This document shows, piece by piece, positions 37,557 through 41,415 of a stretch of 41,415 nucleotides of DNA. Source of the stretch: Thermoproteota archaeon. Its GTDB lineage: Archaea > Asgardarchaeota > Jordiarchaeia > Jordiarchaeales > Freyrarchaeaceae. The stretch covers positions 1-41,415 of the forward strand of contig JAPDJY010000022.1 in assembly GCA_029258835.1 (NCBI GenBank), in the 5' to 3' direction. A program made the translations under genes and the position numbers. The notes under the pieces were generated by a model. It worked only from the letters and a program-made list of their open reading frames with translations. It was not told the DNA's origin and ran no database searches. Numbering within the stretch: position 1 is the first letter of the stretch; every line of letters begins with the position of its first letter.

Positions 37557-37586
37557 TTTATAAAGGGAATCTTTATAAAGGGAATC
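37557..37586 (+). repeat. 15-bp perfect tandem repeat containing a TATA-like core
   Basis: TTTATAAAGGGAATC occurs twice. Confidence 0.9.
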
Positions 37587-37687
37587 GGGGGTGCGGAGGG
37601 GTTGAAGGAGAAGACGCTTGATGGTTTGAGGGGTGCTCCGCCGCGCCGCCCCTCCAGGAACGAATGGAGGGTTTCCACCGTTAAGGC

Positions 37688-39023
37688 TTAGTAGTAGTCG
37701 GGGTATAGCTTCGGGGAGGGGTTGACCGTGCTCTGAGGCTGGAAGCTTCCCTTCAAGGTGGTCTTTAACCGTTTTGAAGTCGTTAAGGTGAGGTCGTTAA
37801 GGCCTGACCCGGTGAGGATGCACACCACCCTTCCATCGAAGAGCTCCCAGTTGCTTCTGATGGCTGCTATGGGGGTTCACGGTTGGTAGGCTTTTATGGG
37901 TAGTGTGGGCTGGTCTGTCAGGCGTTTCCCCGTCATCGAGGCATGCGCCTCTGATGGGGCTTTCGGGGTGGCCCCGGAGCCCCACGTCCGAACGTTCCGT
38001 CCTCATAGGCCACCCTGTGGCCAGACAGCACTTACAAACACTTACCAAATATTTTAACTGTTTCGCAAGGCGTCCACTATCTCCCTGTCCGAGACCGTTA
38101 GTATTCTCCCTCCGCTCTCCCTCGCAGCCTTCACTGCAAGGGGGGCATCGTAGGGGCGTTCAACCCTTATAGCGCTTGCAATAGTGCTTGGCTTGCTCCA
38201 CCTCGCCATTAAGCCTTCCTTCCACGCCCTAGCTACCGGGCTGCACCCCTCCGCCTAGACGCCGACGACCCTTGGGATACGGTCGAGTAGTTTAAGCTTT
38301 CTTTAACTCCAGAATCCCTTGTAGATAGCCGACATGAGCACTCCCGACCCGGCAGGGCAGACGACCCAGCCTATTGATGACGGCTACCCCCCAGAGCTTG
38401 AAGCCAATCGTTTTCTGCCCCTTCCTCCTCCAGTAGTATTCGCCGACGAACATTACGTCCTCGTCCTTTGGGAGGGAGGGGGCGATGTTCACCGCTCGTC
38501 AAAGCCCCCGTCAACGAACTCTATTTCCGCCCCGTAGAGCTTCACCATTGTAACCTTTCCAACGGGGGATTCACGGGGCATAACTATCCTGCACTTAACC
38601 CCCGCCTTGGCCGAGTAGGCTGCGACGCTTGAAGCCATGTTACCCGTTGAGGCGCAGACAACGCTTGAGGCGCCCATCTCCAGCGCCTTGGTCGGCTCCA
38701 CGGCGCTCCCCCTATCCTTGAGCGACCCCGTCGGGTTGTGGGTTTCCAGCTTAAACCACAGGTCTAGGGCGTACTCCCCCTATGACCTCGCTCCTCCGAG
38801 TCGGAGTCCACCCCTCGTTGAGGCTGATGAGCCTTGGAGGGTGTTCGACGGGTAGCAGCTCCCTGTACCTCCATACTGTTCTGCCGTGGAAGTCTTCCCG
38901 GCTGAGCTTAAGCTGGTCGTAGTCGTGGTAGACTTGGATTGGGCCTCCACGGTCGGGGCAGAGGATGGGGAGTTCCTCGATCCTCGCGCCGCACAATCCG
39001 CATTCCAGGTACACTTCAACCAC
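37688..39023 (-). pseudogene. thrC: Threonine synthase pseudogene
   Basis: Fragments WRYRELLP..SLNEGWTP, NPTGSLKDRG, CASTGNMASS..AYSA, GQKTIGF, GV*AEGCSP, TIASAIRV, VVCILTGSGL. It has several frameshifts, stops and an inserted element. Confidence 0.9.
37872..38071 (-). mobile_element. About 200-bp miniature IS607-like element inserted in thrC
   Basis: Left end GCCTTGCGAAACAGTT. The last 120 nt or so align colinearly with 16441-16560, ending GTGAACCCC. Confidence 0.85.
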
Positions 39024-40419
39024 CCTGCTGCTCGAGCTTTCTCCTGAGCTTCCAGTACTTGAGGTAGTTTGCCGCCGCCTTAGCCGCCCTGTCAGGCGTC
39101 GAGTATACTGGTATTCCGGCCTCCTCCAGCCTGCTCCTCTCCTCGGGCCAGAGGAGGGTTGGGGCTAGGAGGGCTGCAACTACCGCTTTCCCGGTCTCCT
39201 TGGCTGCGTCTATGATTTCCCGGTATGGGAATTGCATTTCAGGCTGGAAGGAGGGGGTGAATATTGGTATGAAGACGCTTACGTCCGGGTCTTCCAGTAT
39301 TGCCCTCGACGCTGCCGCGTATATTTGAGGGTACGCGTACCCTATGCCTGTGATGTCGCATGGGTTCTGGAGGTAGACTGGGAAGGGGAACTGGCTTGAT
39401 ATCCTCTCTTTCGTCCTCTCCGAGAGGCTTGCCAGGGGGGCCTCCTCCTTCTCAAGGGTCTCGGTTGCTATTATGCTTGGGCCGGCTGTGTGGGTTAGCA
39501 CGGCCACTCCCCCGCTCCTCGGGGGTGGCAGCATGGAGAGGGCCTTCGCCGCGTCTATGAGCTCTGACGACCCGTCTACTTCTAGGATCCCCGCCTGCTT
39601 GAAGGCTGCCTTGTAGAGGGTGTAGCTACCAGCGAGGCTTCCGGTGTGGGATGGGGCCAGCTTGGCGGCTCTCTCGGTCTTCCCAGCCTTGTAGCATAGG
39701 ACCGGTTTAACCTTGGACGTCTCCTTGGCTGCCTCGAGGAGCTCCCTAGCCTTGTCGACGCCCTCCATGAATACGCAGATCACCCTTGTTTCCTCGTCGT
39801 CTTTCAGGTACAGGAGGAGGTCTGCTATTTCGACGTTGGCCCTGTTTCCGACCGTTATGAACTTGCTGAAGCCCAGCCTCTCGTCGAAGAGGTGGTAGAG
39901 GAGGAGCATCCCCGCTCCGCCGCTCTGGCTTATCAGGGATATGCTGCCCTTCTTGAGGGGGCCTATGGGCGAGAAGCTTGCGTTGAGTTTGGCGTGCGAG
40001 TTCATTATTCCAAGGCAGTTTGGACCTATTATCTTGATTCCCGCCCTGTTGCACGTCTCAACTATCCTGGACTCCAGCTCCGCCCCCTCGCCGCCTATCT
40101 CCCTGAAGCCTGAGGCGAGTATTATGACGCCCTTGACGCCCTTCTCGGCGCACTCCTCCACGGCTTCTAGGACCCCTCTCCCCGGGATGGCGACGACTAC
40201 TAGGTCTACTTCTCCGGGTACGTCTAGGAGGCTGGGGTAAGCCTTGTAGCCTAGGACCTCGCTCGCTCTTGGGTTTATCGGGTAAACCCTCCCCTCAAAG
40301 CCGGCCGTGTGGAGGGACATGACCGTCTGGTACCCGAGCTTGTTGGGAGACCTCGACGCGCCCACCACGGCCACCGAGCGCGGGTAGAATATGTCGTTGA
40401 AAGAGTTGGACTCCTTCAA
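39016..40419 (-). CDS. acdA: ADP-forming acetate/acyl-CoA ligase alpha subunit
   Basis: PRSVAVVGAS, GPNCLG, SQSGG, GNRA, phospho-His SHTGSLAG, NPCD. Confidence 0.9.
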   Translation of the reverse strand: MKESNSFNDIFYPRSVAVVGASRSPNKLGYQTVMSLHTAGFEGRVYPINPRASEVLGYKAYPSLLDVPGEVDLVVVAIPGRGVLEAVEECAEKGVKGVIILASGFREIGGEGAELESRIVETCNRAGIKIIGPNCLGIMNSHAKLNASFSPIGPLKKGSISLISQSGGAGMLLLYHLFDERLGFSKFITVGNRANVEIADLLLYLKDDEETRVICVFMEGVDKARELLEAAKETSKVKPVLCYKAGKTERAAKLAPSHTGSLAGSYTLYKAAFKQAGILEVDGSSELIDAAKALSMLPPPRSGGVAVLTHTAGPSIIATETLEKEEAPLASLSERTKERISSQFPFPVYLQNPCDITGIGYAYPQIYAAASRAILEDPDVSVFIPIFTPSFQPEMQFPYREIIDAAKETGKAVVAALLAPTLLWPEERSRLEEAGIPVYSTPDRAAKAAANYLKYWKLRRKLEQQGG

Positions 40420-40528
40420 GCGGGATCACCCTTCGAATACTTAATACTCGCGTGTGACTTATAACGTTTTTAAGGGTTGAAGTGGTTAATTAGAGGGGAA
40501 AGAGGGAGGAATGCTGGAGGGCTGATGG

Positions 40529-40942
40529 TTGGCTGGCTTTAAGGATTTGAGCTTCGAGGAGGTGATGGAGGTGGTCGGCGGGAACATGGGGTTGCTCGTG
40601 AAGCTCATGGAGGAGGGGAGGATTGGCAGGGTGGAGGCTGAGATACTCAGGGCCTGTTATGGTGCCTCGTCGGGTGACGAGGCTGCGAGGGAGAGGCTTA
40701 GGGAGCTGGCTGAGAAGTACCTTGACCCCGGAGGGTACGAGCAGCTGGTCAGGTTCGTCGAGTCTAGGAGTAGGGTTTCATGGATGGTTTTCGCCAGGAA
40801 CTACGAGGTTAAAGGGGGGTACGTTGAGGAGGGGGAGGAGGCTGCGTGGAGCTTGGAGGAGCACAGGTCGAAGCTTGAAATAGTTAAGGTTTCCTATGTT
40901 GAGTATGTTGATAGGGTTGCGAGGAGGAAGGAGGAGGAATAA
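40529..40942 (+). CDS. Hypothetical acidic protein
   Basis: 137 aa with host-like codon usage and an upstream GGAGG. Confidence 0.65.
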   Translation: MAGFKDLSFEEVMEVVGGNMGLLVKLMEEGRIGRVEAEILRACYGASSGDEAARERLRELAEKYLDPGGYEQLVRFVESRSRVSWMVFARNYEVKGGYVEEGEEAAWSLEEHRSKLEIVKVSYVEYVDRVARRKEEE

Positions 40943-40943
40943 G

Positions 40944-41415
40944 TTGGGGTGCGAGGAGGTCTTAAGGGAGGCTGAAAGGCTCCTAGCTGAGGGGGAGACG
41001 CTGAGGGCGGCGGAGAAGTACGTTGAGGGCGCCGAGTGCCTCGACTCCCAGGGGGAGTACGAGGAGGCTGCAAGGGCTTTCCTCAAGGCTGCGGAGATAT
41101 ACAGGGGGAGAGGGGATTACTATAGTGCCGCCAACGCGTTCAAGGACGCCATGATAAGGTATCTTGTTTCTGGCAAGCCGGAGGAGGCGTTGAGGATCGC
41201 TGAGGGGGTGGAGGAGGAGGTTAAGGCTTCCCCCACCTTCGCCTTCGCCCTGTCAATGCTTGAGGAGAGGGTGAGGGCTGTGGAGGAGGCGGAGGGAGGA
41301 GGGGAGGGTGTTCCGGGGGAGGTTCACTTCGAGGAGGCTGAGCCGTTAACGGGCGAGGATGTAGCGCGGGTGGTGGGCGGCGAGGTCGGGGTTGCCGCGT
41401 CGAGGAGTCTTAGGG
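40944..41415 (+). CDS. TPR/alpha-SNAP-like helical repeat protein (truncated by window end)
   Basis: TTG 40944 opens a frame that stays open to the edge: MGCEEVLREAERLLAEGETLRAAEKYVEGAECLDSQGEYEEAARAFLKAAEIYRGRGDYYSAANAFKDA... Confidence 0.65.
   Translation, partial: MGCEEVLREAERLLAEGETLRAAEKYVEGAECLDSQGEYEEAARAFLKAAEIYRGRGDYYSAANAFKDAMIRYLVSGKPEEALRIAEGVEEEVKASPTFAFALSMLEERVRAVEEAEGGGEGVPGEVHFEEAEPLTGEDVARVVGGEVGVAASRSLR

Noticed and set aside
38255-38260. In-frame TAG in thrC (GV*AEG) as possible pyrrolysine recoding
   Set aside because: It aligns with the usual Gln of GVQAEG (CAG to TAG), and the gene has several frameshifts, so this is ordinary pseudogene decay.
233-41086. Numerous S/P/L-rich antisense ORFs in the track (e.g. 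17750..18418, 27660..28268, 30256..30903)
   Set aside because: They are shadows of well-supported genes on the opposite strand, as expected from GC-rich, purine-biased coding sequence.

Overview
GC-rich, gene-dense archaeal window. The source is most plausibly a thermophilic Asgard archaeon (Jordarchaeia/Freyarchaeia-like), inferred from ribophorin I, a roadblock/longin-like + winged-helix protein and selenocysteine machinery. Contents: Sec-decoding genes (3' end of selB coupled to SepSecS; pstK about 25 kb away, heading an operon with two paralogous COG1665-type nucleotidyltransferases); a tRNA-Gln(UUG) with three tiny non-canonical introns; a riboflavin operon (ribB-ribC-ribH-gch3-amidohydrolase-arfC) with an upstream palindrome; methanofuran genes (hisA/F-like, mfnD, mfnF); thiDN, XPD, a PPP phosphatase, larA, acdA, sepF and sec11. 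Mobile DNA: one IS607 with a frameshifted tnpB, plus a second IS607-like family in three copies of decreasing size (about 1414, 328 and 200 bp). These copies share both ends and keep the tnpB 3'/omegaRNA region, and the smallest sits in a decayed thrC. Best leads: the miniature omegaRNA-retaining elements, the triple-intron tRNA, the pstK-NTase-NTase operon, a roadblock + three coiled-coil protein cluster, the rib-operon deaminase candidate, and several promoter-preceded structured intergenic RNAs. All calls come from reading the sequence by eye; no searches were run.
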